From Phoronis australis (Eukaryota; Animalia; Phoronida), in NCBI GenBank assembly GCA_002633005.1, contig NMRA01000737.1, positions 104,884 to 168,883 on the forward strand: DNA of 64,000 bases. The letters are read 5' to 3'. A model generated the notes under the pieces. The model saw only the letters and a program-made list of their open reading frames with translations, was not told the origin of the DNA and ran no database searches. Shown piece after piece: positions 36,191 through 49,689 of the stretch; within the stretch, counting starts at the first letter, position 1, and each line of letters begins with the position of its first letter. The translations under genes and the position numbers were made by a program.

Positions 36191-39100
36191 CATACAGGGA
36201 AACTCAATAAAATATTTGACACATATGGCGTATTTTGAACTACAGTTCTATTTTGGGATGTAATGTTCGAGGAATTGAACAAATGAACGTGTTCTATAAA
36301 TGTATGTGTGCTGTGTTATACTCTTGATCATTCTCGTGTCAACTTAGCATATGTCATGTTTTTCACTGCTGTGTACGTCAGAGGTTTTGCTACAATGTTA
36401 AGGACCCCTTTCAATTAATTCCACTGGTACAAACATTAGTTGTCTGTGAAAGTGAAAGGTAATTAACTAAATATCTTTATGTTAGTTTCAAGTGATGCAA
36501 CACGTTACTGAAAGACAGCATTTTCACACCATGGACCTCATATTGGATTATATTCATAATTTTTTACTAACTGGGAAATTGGGACAAAACAGTTTGTACA
36601 CCATTTGAACAATTTGCTAAGCGAATTTTTTAGCTACGCTAGTGCAGTTAAGTAGAGTTGATGTGTAGGCCTACCGAGGTGGACTTAGGGAGATGGCTTG
36701 AGAAAATGTATATCAATTTGGACCACTGTGAGTAAGTGTTTGGTAACCCAAGAAAAACATCCACGTAGACCAGATTTTGGTAAAAATTGCATAAAAAGTT
36801 TGGTAGGCATTCGCTCAAGTGTGCTTAAAAAATCTCACCAGAAAACTGAGCCGTTGTAGTGATATCTTGTATTTGGACACGGATCCTCATCAATCAGGAA
36901 AATCAATGTCGCCCTTGATATCACAAAAGTTGGTCTAAGCTCCCATTGTGTTGTACAGGGCAATTATCGCATCAGTCACGTCTTCACGGCAATAAAACAC
37001 CGGCTGAATTAAGTTGAAAACGCCGGGGTAGACTTTTTATGTGTTTAGCGTTTGACAGTGAATTCCTCGTGTAACGTTAGTGTATAAACCTTTTTCCGCT
37101 GCAAAAAGTACANCCCGGATGATGCTAGTAATTACACGGTGCCGCACTCATTAGTACATTCAATCATAAAAACGGCTCACACATGCACGCGGACCTTTAG
37201 CTCACCGAGCCACAAGCACGGCTCATCGACCACCAAATACGGCAATCCGACCGCCAAACTTCACTGTCACAATCTCACAAACACGACGGATAAGCATCCA
37301 ATACCTCGTGCCCGTACGCACAAACTCGGCTCACTGACTTCAAGACCGAGTACACCTCGTTGGGCGGTATGCAAGTCCACAGGTACACGTTTTTGGGAGC
37401 GCAAGCCGTGCTTAATAAGTCCAGCACCGACTTTGTTAGTGGTCGGTGAGCGTGTTTCACAGGCAGGCGATCGGAATCTCTTAATGTTCATTACTATCAT
37501 GCGAACACCCAGCGTAAGTAATTGGGGCCCCAATTTTTGAGAATGTGAACAACTAAGATTCAGAGGTACTTTCAGAGTTATGAAGTGTGCATTCGACGAA
37601 TTTTGGTTGTTGCTGCCTGTTAGTGGACTTTTATCTCCTTTTCTACCTTTTTTCGGCGTTTTTGTTTCCGTCTGAGGCGGACCCTTTAGCCTACTTTGCC
37701 AAATGAGGGGATCTTGTACGAGCCTCCCGAGCCCCCTCTAGATGCGCGCATAACTATAGGTGCGTTCCGCCGACATTATAGGCTTACATCAGTCATACAC
37801 CTGTACACTTGTGGCAATAAATTCCGATAATTTAACATTCTAAGCTCAAGGACCAGTTACTTCACTGGCCACCATTTTGTTACCACCAGGTTACGCGAGA
37901 TAGGCCTCTAGGACTCTCACGAAGCCCTTGGCTTTCACTATTGTAGTATTGCTCCTGCGTGATCTAGCGAGCGTTTCTTGCACAAAATTCAACACCCTGC
38001 AGTTGCAACATCAGGAAAAGTAATAGTATGATACATACAAAGACAACTATTGTAGTATGGTATACAAAAGTCATCTGATATAGTGTGATAGTATTCTTAT
38101 GCGATTTGGATGGATATCTTGTTTTAAACTTACAACAGCTTTATGCAGACGTGAAAGGTTTGAGCGTTACTTCAATAAGAGAAAATAAGATTGACGACGT
38201 CAATTAAGACTAAAGCGACACCAGTGAGCTCCATTTCGATCACAGAATTAACATAGAAAATAAGAAGTGTAGAAAGCAATATTAAAACAGTCCATCTTCC
38301 GACCATTCCATTGCTTCAAATGCCGTACTCCAAGGACACATTACCAAAGCCGGTTGTTAAAATAATTGAGCAGATAAGGATATTGACTGTCGTGAACTGT
38401 TTATTGTTTTATAAGGGGTATGGTCGTTTTTACGTTAGTTAAGGACATCTTCGCGATTTATCCAGTGAGACTTTATTTCGCCAGCAAAGTGCTGTTCAGG
38501 TTGATAGTTCGGTTCCGCGTTGGGGATGATCTAAACAAAACATTACTTTTCTTGCCAATAAATTGAAGACCTCAAAAAGAATGATAGAGGCGGAACCGGA
38601 GCCAAAATAAGAAGACCCACAGATTGACTGAAAGTCGATAAATATATGTTATCCCGCATACATAGGAATACTACAGCCATATTCCATCGAGAATTCAATT
38701 CATCTGGGAATCATCCCAACAAGACCGAAAACCTATTTATTCCTTATACATTGTATATAGACTTATTTGCATCATCGCGGCAATACCTTGTTGCCGTGTG
38801 CTCCGGCTTGTTGTTATACGAAGTCATATGTATGCCAAGTACGGTACCCAAGACCGTTAAGCGACCAGACAATCTGTGAATGTGTTGAATAACCAGTAAA
38901 GTTTTATTTCATAATAAACTAATCAGAATTTTCAGTTTGTGAAATATGCAAGTTAAAGCGCTGAACCATTCAATAATATCAAACTTTCGTCGAAAACTTA
39001 GAAACAGCTAGTCCATGCGGGAATATAGAAATTAAAACATTTTCTGGACCGAGTTGTGCTGGAGTGCCTTAGCTTCTGAACTGTAAATAGTAATAGAAAC

Positions 39101-40667
39101 ATTTCCCCTGGCTGATCACTAGAAAATAACGGTGGAAACGGTGCTGATTTGTAGAACTTGAGGAAAGGACTGTATCGCGAAAAGCAGGGGAGTATGTTGC
39201 GAGCAGATAACTGGCTCAGTGAAAATCACATACTCGTTATTAGGTATTAATTTCCAGCATAGACCTTAGTTCTCAGTGTAAATATACTTTATGCATCCAT
39301 AAAGAAACGTTTTCGTTGGATTTCAGTTAGATTTTTGGCTGATTTTGCTGACCGGGGACGCTACTTAACTTGACCTATTTATGATGACCCAGATTGAAAC
39401 TTCAGCGAGAGCCAAAAATAACCGCCTGATCACCGTTCGTCGGAATTTTCATCAGTAATTTTTTATGTTTTCAGAGAATTAAGACTGCATTTTTAGGAAC
39501 AACGCCTTGGATTGATGATTTGGGTAACAGAAATGAACGAGCTCAATCAAATTTGGCGTTGCACACACGAATTTACTCCAGCAGGAGACTGCTCACCAAC
39601 CGTGACTGAAATATAGCTTTTACCGTTGAATACGGTCTCTCCCGTGGTGTACGGATTGGCTCGATCCGTACTTCCCCGTATTTCACAGTTGATATCGTGA
39701 CATAAACAACATCCGTATTTTCACATATATTGGATAATTATGCTTATTGCAACATAGAGATGGCGTAAGACCAAGCAAAATCATTCGTGAGCACATCAAG
39801 ATGTTAGGGATTCGTTTCGTTGTGTCGCGAACACTTGTGTTACCTTGGTTATCTCGCAAGATATATACTTGGTCTACGGAACACAGTCCAGGGGCCCGTT
39901 TCATGACAACTGACCTAAGACTTAAAACACCAAAACTTTGTCTATGTTTACACAGAATTTCGGGCTAGATTAAGAAGGAAAACGAAAATTCAGAAAAGAT
40001 CGTTTCGTGAACACAAGCAGGATTTTAGTCTTCGAAATTAAGTCGGTTTTTGGCATACGTAAGTATACATAGCACGCTTTCTCAATCTGCTGCGAATTCA
40101 CATAACGGTTTACGATTTCAAGAATAATCTTTGTAAAATTTAATTACAGTTTATTCGTATTTTTTCAAATATTGATGATCGTATTCACCAAAAATAATTG
40201 GTTAATCATTCACATATTCCTCAGATTCTTTACACACGTTCCGGTGTACGTGAGAAAATGGTTGATCGTGGGCCTCTGTACCACAATGCAACATTCTTAC
40301 CCATTTCCAATATGGCGGCGCTTCAAATGATCGCTAATATAAATTTCTTGATACATACATGTATGTACTGAACAACAAGTTTCACCCGATTGCCTTAACG
40401 AACGTGTAATTTTAAATTTAGCATACGCGATCTTGAGATCAAATGTAATTTCAAGTTCAAGCGCAACACAAGCACCATATACGGATGTAGTTCAACGATT
40501 GCTTGAAGGGGAAGGTTCATCAACGCCATCTTAATTTATTGCAGTGTGTAGATGATGATTTTGACCTGACCTTATTGGATCTACAAGTATGTAAGATTTG
40601 GTACGGTTGTAAGCACTAAGATCATACATGAAAAAAACTTACAAAGTTTCTGCAAAACGTATTCCAG

Positions 40668-40747
40668 GTGACTTTGCTAATTCGATGGTAAACATGCGAC
40701 AGTTTACGTGGAATCAAGAACAGAGTCAAGATTCAGGAAAACTACAG
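40668..40747 (+). CDS. CTHRC1-like gene B, linker exon
   Basis: ttccag acceptor and gtaaat donor, 80 nt, phase 1->0. (G)DFANSMVNMRQFTWNQEQSQDSGKLQ corresponds to the CTHRC1 segment N.KQCSW......D.GKI. Confidence 0.85.
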
Positions 40748-43276
40748 GTAAATGTATTAGGCGTCTTAAGCTAGGAGCAACACAGGTTAGGTACACAAAA
40801 TTTCAAGATCGGGCGTCTTGTAGGTGCCGGTTGGGTACAAGTTTGACGCAAGTTAGGCGCCAATAAGGCTTAGGATTGGTGCAGGTTAGCTCTGTCCAAT
40901 TATGCTGTTTTGGTAAATGTTCAACATGTAACTTTACTATACGAAGGATGAAAATGCCCCTGATTTTAGCCAATGAAATTTGACGTCGTCTTGAGAGAAA
41001 TCTAACGTAAACTAGTTTGATAGCACATAATATAAATTGCCACAACACTGGTTGCGAGTTCCCATGACCGTCTGAATTGGGCGCTTTTGCACACATAGGC
41101 AGGCACACCTAAGAGTTACCGTTTGGCGCAGGCATGAGTTCCTTGTCTGTGGACATGTCTTAAATTGTTCTGGGTGTGTGTGCATTTTGTGCCTTCTGAT
41201 GGTTTATTTCAATCCGTTACTCAACCGTAGACTGAAAACTCTTGAACTCCTGTTTTATACCGGATCAGCCGACCAACACGCATGTGCCACTGCGTTAACA
41301 TATAAATGTATGCTCGTCCAAGTCACTCTGTTGAAAAACATGTATCTAATAAGTTTCTAACATTATTATAATAAATAATTTGGTATAATTATCAAACTTA
41401 CGAAAACGCATAAGGAATTTTCCACAAGATTTCATTCAACGTGGACGCCAAAAATGTGTTGCTTGACAACGGTTGAATGTAGCTCTGCCTGCTTTCTTCG
41501 ATGACGAATAAGTCGAAATTGATGTCTCTGTGCGCGGTTGGTTAAGTCTTAAAATAACGAAGTTGCTTTATCCAAATACCCAACTTATTTATTCATCCGA
41601 CATTTCGGCTTGTCAGTGACGCGTAATGAGTCTATTGTGCAGTCGGAAGCAGGAGATAAATCTCATCTAGTTTATCGCCGTCAACGGCAATACGGTGACC
41701 TCCACGGGAAACCAGGTCGCAAGCTGGTCGGATAGAGACCGGTACATTTGGCGCCTCCGTTGTTCACAAGCACTTGTCGGTAACTGCCTGATGTACGCCC
41801 AAGGTACATGTACGGTACATACAACCTATAGTGTTATAGCCAACAAAGACGCAGGAAAGAAAAACAATGGTATGTCCCATATTTCTTAACCTGATACGAT
41901 GCACTTACGACGGTCGCATGGATGTCGCAAGTTAAACAATACCTTGCGATCTCTATACGACGTTATTTGGCTTGAATAAGGGAGTCGGTGAAATAACGTG
42001 ATTTGGTCACACGACTCTCTGCAGTATCTAGTCTATGCACGCACAGAACTCGACTTATGTGATGACCATCTATATTTACAAACACTGAATAAGCGTCAGG
42101 TAGTTTGTTCAAACGCAATGATGTAGTTTCTCTCATCATTGTAGTCTTAGTGTGTGTATTCATTTTTTCGATTCGACATTGGCACAGTTTCACATTCCGA
42201 ACCTTGCGGTAACTGTACTCTTTTTGATTCAGTTTATCTCCGTTTTACAAATTCAAACACTGTTTGTACATTTAAATTTCACCCTTTAACCCGAATCTCT
42301 TTCGACTTGGCACCAACTGTCTAGCAATAGTCTGAATTCATTATAAAAAATATTTCTGAATGTCTTGTCGAGCAATGTAACCCTTGAATGGGGCTAGATC
42401 TTTTCTTCAATTCTAGCTGGTAAAGCAATGATTCGCTACATGTTCCTTACTTAAAAAGCAGGCATGGTGACCTCCACTGTGGGCAGTCATCTGTTGTGAA
42501 AGTCGGTGCCTCCTTGACACTTCCTTGGGTTCTGACCACCCAGCTCGACTTGAAAACTGCCAATTACGTCCCACACTTCGATTAGATTTTCAAATTATTG
42601 GCCAATTTTCGAGACGAGTCCGCCTTAGCAGCAAAACTTGATAGTTCGCTGGTTCCCTTCGTGTCCGCTAGGGGGGGAAGGGGACGCGCAGCTATCATTG
42701 GTTAGCTTTACAACAAAGAAAGAAAATGGCGGATTTGGGAACGATTTTTAGCCTTGTCAACATCCTTGTGAGCCACATTTTCTCTACTGCAAATATTTCG
42801 TTTATGCAGTTATGTTGAATAGCCGCGTGCTTGAAGCACATTCAATGTACAATGCACACAGATCTGGCCTATTTAACCTGTGGCTTATTCATACTGTGGG
42901 AATACAGGACAGCAACGTTAAGAAAAGTCAGCGACAGTCGAAAAATGCAAACCGACACACAACTGTAGGATTCACATTTCTTGAACCCATTCCAATTAAC
43001 CACAGATTTTTCTGTATTACAGACCACAAACTACATCCACATTTTACACTTCTTCCATACATTGTAAGTCATGCCAGTTTGTTTACGTAACGCGCTACCT
43101 GTTGGCAACTCGACTAGCCAATCAGAAACGCCGGTGTAAAGAATTCCCGAGGAAAAAGTTAAATTATACATGCGTGTTCCAACCCTAGGGGACACGCATA
43201 GAAGCAGCAATAACTTGATAGTCACGTGGAATTGAGACCACTGGAGTTATTGCAATCCTTTTATTTGTTTTTGAAG

Positions 43277-43469
43277 GAATTTGACTTCGTAAAACGTGGC
43301 TCCAGCACCCTGTTAAGAGTGGCATTCTCTGGAAATACACGGTTGCGGACGAAATTCAGATGTAATCGTTGGTATTTCACCTTTAATGGCGAAGAGTGTT
43401 CGAATCCTGGTAAAATCGAGGCCACCGTGTACCAGAACTCGAACGACAACATGCTGAAACCCATGTATT
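43277..43469 (+). CDS. CTHRC1-like gene B, C-terminal-domain exon
   Basis: ttgaag acceptor and gtaagt donor, 193 nt. Encodes EFDFVKRGSSTLLRVAFSGNTRLRTKFRCNRWYFTFNGEECSNPGKIEATVYQNSNDNMLKPMY. Confidence 0.93.
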
Positions 43470-43551
43470 GTAAGTTTTGAGAAGCTTTCAGAAATAATTA
43501 CTTCGTTCTTTTATACCTGATAGATGACTAACATGTACAATATTTAACCTA

Positions 43552-43626
43552 CTGTGTACTGTCAAGTATCAGGGACCTATGGTGTACTGTCAAGAATCAG
43601 GAACCTGTTGTGTACTGTCAAGTATC
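43552..43626. repeat. 29-bp tandem repeat, ~2.6 copies, intronic
   Basis: tgtactgtcaag(t/a)atcagg(g/a)acct(a/g)t is repeated. Confidence 0.75.
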
Positions 43627-44063
43627 GACGAATGCCAGAATTCAATCAAAAGTAATCCCAATAACATGATTCAAGGACCCGTTTTAATCGCTATGATATA
43701 CGTGTATTTGCTATAATCTTGTTCTCTGTACTTCCTCTTTCCGTAAATAGCCTCTATGTTGAGAATTACTGTCAGACTTCCTTGTGGTGAACAAAAAAGA
43801 GTAGCTAACGATAACCTACTTGTCTACCAAGTGGATAGCGTCTTTTGGAAAGTGATTTAGTGAAAAACGATAAAAATTAAAACCCCTTACCCCTGCACAT
43901 GTGTGTTCTTCGTCTGTCAACAAAAATGCAAGCGAAAACGCTAGAAGGTTCTGGGATTACTCAAACCCCCAAAAAGTGTCAGCAGAAGTGGCCCTTACGT
44001 TCATTCACATTACGGACGTTTTTTGCTGATAGAGAAAAAGCTATCGTTTTAGCCAGCACGTGA

Positions 44064-44240
<177 letters not shown>

Positions 44241-45090
44241 TGAGATTTGTATATGTCAGTACATTCTTCGTAAAATATTGACTTTTACGCTTGACTCAAC
44301 AAAAAAACCCTCAATCACCAAGGGACCGACACAGTTTAGTTGCTTCGACTTGTTTATTTCATAAGTGAGTCTACGGTGGACCAAGCCTTGTCGTGGCCTA
44401 CTGAGAAAACCTCGTGAAAAAATATGGATTTTGATTTTTGTAATTCTGTTATTAAAAACTGTCAACAGCCAACCATAATATTGGCGAACCAGATTTCACT
44501 TGCGACACAAAATGGCTATACGTATTTGAGAGTTTGGTGTTGTAAGTCCAAGGGTTTGTTTCATGAAACATGACTTAAGTCGTAATACTAAAATTTGGTC
44601 TAATGCTCCACATACACTGTAACTATTTCTGAAAAACAAATTAAACCTCACTTAGATGAAAGAGCAAAATTTCTGGGAATTTTCACAGAACAGCTACAAT
44701 GTAGTTACTGAGAAAATTTCTATTTATAATTTCTGTCACTCACTAGTAATTACTTAGATAAATATTTTCGACAATTGTGAATTGGGAGCTAAGACAAAAT
44801 TCCTGTCTTCAGTCTTACGTCACTTTTATTGAACAATTCCCCATACACTGTATCGGCTTCTGTATGTAAATGTATCTTTGTGCAGTGTGGCCTTCTGAGT
44901 GGAAAGTGAACGCATACTTGTCAAATATCATAAATTTTCACTTTAAGAAGTGAAACGCCGTTTCCGACCAGCGAACACTTAAAACAAGGAGATAAAACAG
45001 TTTCATTTAAGAAAATAGTCTTGAATTGTATCCGGGTAGAATTATAGAGAAAGAAGCATTCTTTCTATATTGACAGTTAGTGCGCATTGT

Positions 45091-45251
45091 AACTTACGGA
45101 AGCTCAGTAATGCCATTTTGAAATGAAGAAAACTATTTTTAATCTGATCTGACGGCTGCCACATAATAAAGTGACGGCTATTTATCTGGCAGCTGTCGGA
45201 TAATAAAATAGTTTTCTTCTCTTCAAAATAGCCCTATTGGACTTCCGTAGT
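45091..45251. mobile_element. Short fold-back MITE-like element
   Basis: tacggaag...attttgaaatgaagaaaactatttt...tctgacggctgcca pairs with tggcagctgtcgga...aaaatagttttcttctcttcaaaat...cttccgta. Confidence 0.6.
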
Positions 45252-48009
45252 AACTTTTTAGATATCAAAAGAAAAAATGCAAAGTTGTGGTTGAGTAGTC
45301 TCGTATCCTATTTTTGCTACCATTGGAGTCTACTGAACATATCTGGCTTTTGGATTCTAGTGAAAATAGGCCGGTTGTGATCACCATGCCTACTGACAAC
45401 ACTTTGTTTTGGTTTATAGTAGGCCTACAGATTACATTCTATTTTCATTTTCCATAAAAGTTATCCGATAAGGAACAGCATGCAATGAAAATCACTGGGC
45501 AGCAAATCAAGTAATATTTGTGTCAGTCAGAAAATTACAGAAAATGAGAGAAATTAGAGGCGTACTGAAATGTTGAACTGTACATTTATTTCGGACCCGT
45601 AGTTCAATACGGCCTCGTTTTTGAGTTGTTCACCACACTCTATTGATAGTAGAAGCTGGGATCTAGACAAGAGTGAGCCCTTGGTCTGCTTGGCAAAAAA
45701 TTAGAGGAGTAAGCATTGTACAAAATATCAATGTTGACCATTTTTGTAAATTTATCTTGGGACGTGAAAGTCTTTTGATTTTTTAAAATTTACGCCCTGT
45801 CCTGGAAAGAAGTTTCGATCCTATGTCATTCGATTGCAACTCGGGATATCGCGTGAGCTAACGACGTGGGCGTTCTTTTATCAAGGCACATTTATGAGAA
45901 CGACCAAAATGTCAACGAAAAACTTCAGTCACCAGTCTTATTTACATAGGTTAAACTGTTGCAATGTTAAGTTTGATGAATAAAGTTTTACTCGCTCAGG
46001 AGAGCAGATCTTTTAACTGTGGCTTAAATGACCAGTGGCCGTTTGCATGATACAGTTTGAACACTGACTCAATTTTGTTAACCTAATATTCAGCGCATTT
46101 GTAGACTGTGTTGACTCACTAAACTATTGAGTGCCACCATTGAGCTTGGAAATTCTTTGTTGCGGCCACCATAACCGTTGGAGCGCGTATACTGGGCTAA
46201 CGCACATCCAGATTTTAGATCTGCGCCTGCTCAGCTGACTCATTCAGTCCTGAATTGCAGTTGAAATGGGCATGCTGGGCCGACGGATTTTGCGGTTAAT
46301 ACCCTTTTATTTCATGCAGCGATAAGCGCTAAAATGTCCTCTTGCGTTAGTGTGCCTCGCACGCAACGCATTGTTATGAATACAAAGTAAATATGTGTTT
46401 TTGTCACAATCCTCATACCAAAGAGCCTCTGGTAGAAGCCCGAGCACATATGTGGCGTCTTTTATTAAAAACCCGGCGTTTACGAACTAAAATTACGAAG
46501 ACCAATAGAAAAATTGCCTTTGGTAATCGTTCGTTCCAAGGTCGTGACAAAGTATTACATGCAATCATTGTTTAGTCGATATGCAGCGTCCAAACAAAAG
46601 GACAGATTCGACTTGTATTAGAGTCGCCGGGGCGAAATTCAGAAACCCGACTTCTATTGGGGATCAGTCGTTTATTATTTCAGGGTACCAATTCCCTTGT
46701 TTCTATTATAGAGAGGCTTTTATTAGAAACCTAACCTACCATATTACAAACGTTATGCTGTAATCTCATGGGTTCGTCATTTACAAACGTTCCCGAATGC
46801 GAGTCCAAAGGCTTATAATCGAAAGTAACAACGCTTTACCTTTTCGGATACTAGGCAAGACACTTTTCCTGTGTTTTATACCATTCTGTATAATAAACAC
46901 TCAAAAAATATTAAAGTGTGAACTGGCTGAAACCGCAGACGTCTATAGCATGTAAGTTCATGCTAAGACCACTCCATTCCATAAAAAGGCAAGCAGCTCC
47001 ACACCGTGCAGCAATTTTCGCTGGTGGATTTGGAATGTGACATGAGGAGAAAAATGATTGTGTAAAGTTTAAAAACAACATGTTAGCGGCATTTTCTGCT
47101 TCGTTTTAGTTCGCGTCCTCTTGGCCAACCAATTGAGGTAAAACATATGCTTCCCGGGAAAATGCTGAATTTTCTACTCTCCAAAGAACTCCATTGTGTC
47201 TTTATAAACGGAAATTTAGGGTTCCTTCCTGCAGCGTGATCTTTCTTTCGGTCGCTGTATTGGACCAGTCATGATTACTCATTCAGTAAGGCACGTGATA
47301 CAGTTCCTATGGAGCACGAGTAACAATGCAGTGTAAGCACTCTGCGATGTTCCTATACTGAAAGCACGATTCTGGAGCTTAGGCGACAATTCCGAGCTAA
47401 TGGTTATATTTCCTAAATATGTTGCTATACTCTTGACCGGAAAAGGTTCCGCTTTCCTCCAAGTTAAATGTCATTTTCATGCGTCCATCTCCGACTTTTG
47501 TAACAAAGAAGCCTACCATCAACTTAAAAACATTACGCTCGTGAAAGATGCTAGCGAAATTTGCTAAGTTCTTGCGACATCTTTCGGGAGATAATAAGAA
47601 AACTTAGCAGAATCAAAATTCGCTCAGGAATTCTATGTGGTGTTAGTAAAATGCTAAAGCATATAACGAAGTGCAACCAATTTCGGCAATTTGTTACGGA
47701 CAACTGATTGAATGAAGAAAAGTTGATTGACGAATCGGCAAAAAAGAAAGAAGCCAAAAGGTGACGTTCTATTTCATGGGGCTGAATACCGACGCATATC
47801 ATCACTCCACCGAGTTAGCAGCAGAATAACGGTGTAACAGTATTTTAACACGGATAACCTATTTGTTCTACTCAAGGAAAAGTGTAATCTTTAACGAAAT
47901 TAGTTTTGTGCCATATTTTATTTCGATTTTTACACCAACATTTTTACAGTTTCGTAACAAAGTTAGAGAAAAACGTCCTACAGCTTAGATCCACATGTTC
48001 TACTTAGTG

Positions 48010-48350
48010 ACGTAAGAGGCTGTTATTGAGGCATTTAGGCAGGAGATGTATCAGCGTGCAATAGCAAGTGGTGAAATCGACAAAGCAGGGTTTACTGTCC
48101 TTCTGAAATTGGAGACCACTGTGGAGAAGTTCATGCACCGATGTTAATTTAATGAACAAGTAGAACGTTATCGACTTGAAACATACATGTACATGTGCGG
48201 TAAATAGACATCCTGGAGGAAACGAAACAAGGTCACAGTGACCTTTTGACGCTCAATGTACAGTGGAAAGAGGATCTTTGGATAAAAAACAATACGCGTA
48301 ATTGAAGGAAGGCGATTATCGCTTAGTTGTGGATGCACGAGAGAGCGTGG
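48010..48350 (+). pseudogene. Possible hAT-like transposase C-terminal remnant
   Basis: QCTVERGSLDKKQYA*LKEGDYRLVVD resembles the Q.xVERGFS.NK...L.E...R.V.D dimerisation motif. An upstream open stretch reads AVIEAFRQEMYQRAIA. Confidence 0.3.
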
Positions 48351-49689
48351 TTGTAACTGATATGACGCAACCCCTATATTCGATTACATTAATTTTGAAG
48401 CTGTGCTTACTAGTCACGTGCATCCGGATAAGCACATGCGTCTGTACGTGAATCAGGGCACAAGTGAAAATTCAATTTAATTCTGGTTAAAATTTAAACA
48501 CACTAAGTCCATCACAAGTGCTAGTTTCCGACAATAGAAATGTGTACACTGTAGGTCTACATGCTATGTTTATAATTTTCCAGGCCTGTTTTAAACGGCA
48601 AGTAGACTTTCCTGCCGCGTGCGCCTGGGTTCTGCTCGCGCACGAAATTTTTTCGCACACAATAGCTCCCTCCTGCGGATGCATGTTCCTCATCTCAAGT
48701 CACTTTTCGAGGCTCGCAAAGATAATTCTTTGCTCGCGCACAGACCAACCCTGAGACCACGCGATGCTGTATATAGCTCACCAGTCCGTTCAGGGACAAA
48801 TCCGAATATTCTCATGTTTTCCAATAAGTTAAATATCATAAAAATAGACGTTTTCTTTTATTGCTTACTGTGAGTGTTACTGTTGTCAAATTTCATTGAG
48901 AAAATTATCAATTCTTTGTCAATACTCTTGTTCACGGTAACACGAGGACAATCGAGCACGCTCAGTTGAAATGTTTCAATAATCACGCCACAATTGATAT
49001 ACCAAGACTTTCATTTCATTATTACTGTTTATCTAGTAATTTTATTGTTGCTATATTATCACATACTTAGTTTCATCTATTTATTCATTATTATTTTCAT
49101 TCGCTATTATTTATTTAAATTATTCATTAAAGTTGCTCACAATCAACATAGTGGCTGTCGTCTGTCAACAATCTAATTTCAAAATATTATAGTAATGAAC
49201 ACCCCAAGAAACTTACTGATTAAGTTGCAGTAATTGGTGCACTGTGTTGCTCTTCTTTACAAATCATTGATCAGCACTGGTTATTTTGTCTGATGTACGC
49301 TCACCTATGTGGTTATAGTCGACATAATTTGGACACTACTTCAGCATTTCATGAGCCCCCAATATTTCCTTGACTGTCAATAATTGGTCAAAGAGACTTC
49401 GCAACAGTTATGATTGGGATTAGCCAGCATCACTTTTTGGGCGAATTGAAGAGCTGTGCTATCCCGTTTTCAACGAAATAGGGCTTGTCCAAGTATATTG
49501 TCAGTATTGAACAGTATGCAACTAAACATGACACAGAGATGAGTCGTGTTTTAGTGCCAGGTTGACTTCAGTTCGAGAAACATGTTTATTTTTGTCATGG
49601 TATGGACTTCATTGGCATAATAAATTTTAATTGCATGGTTTGGTAACCTGCTCGATAATTTGTCTCAGGAAGTGTTGTAGGAACTGTTC

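Noticed and set aside
37139-37540. Overlapping ORFs of 61-133 aa
   Set aside because: There is no collagen or recognisable domain, at most a faint LINE RT-like remnant on the minus strand.
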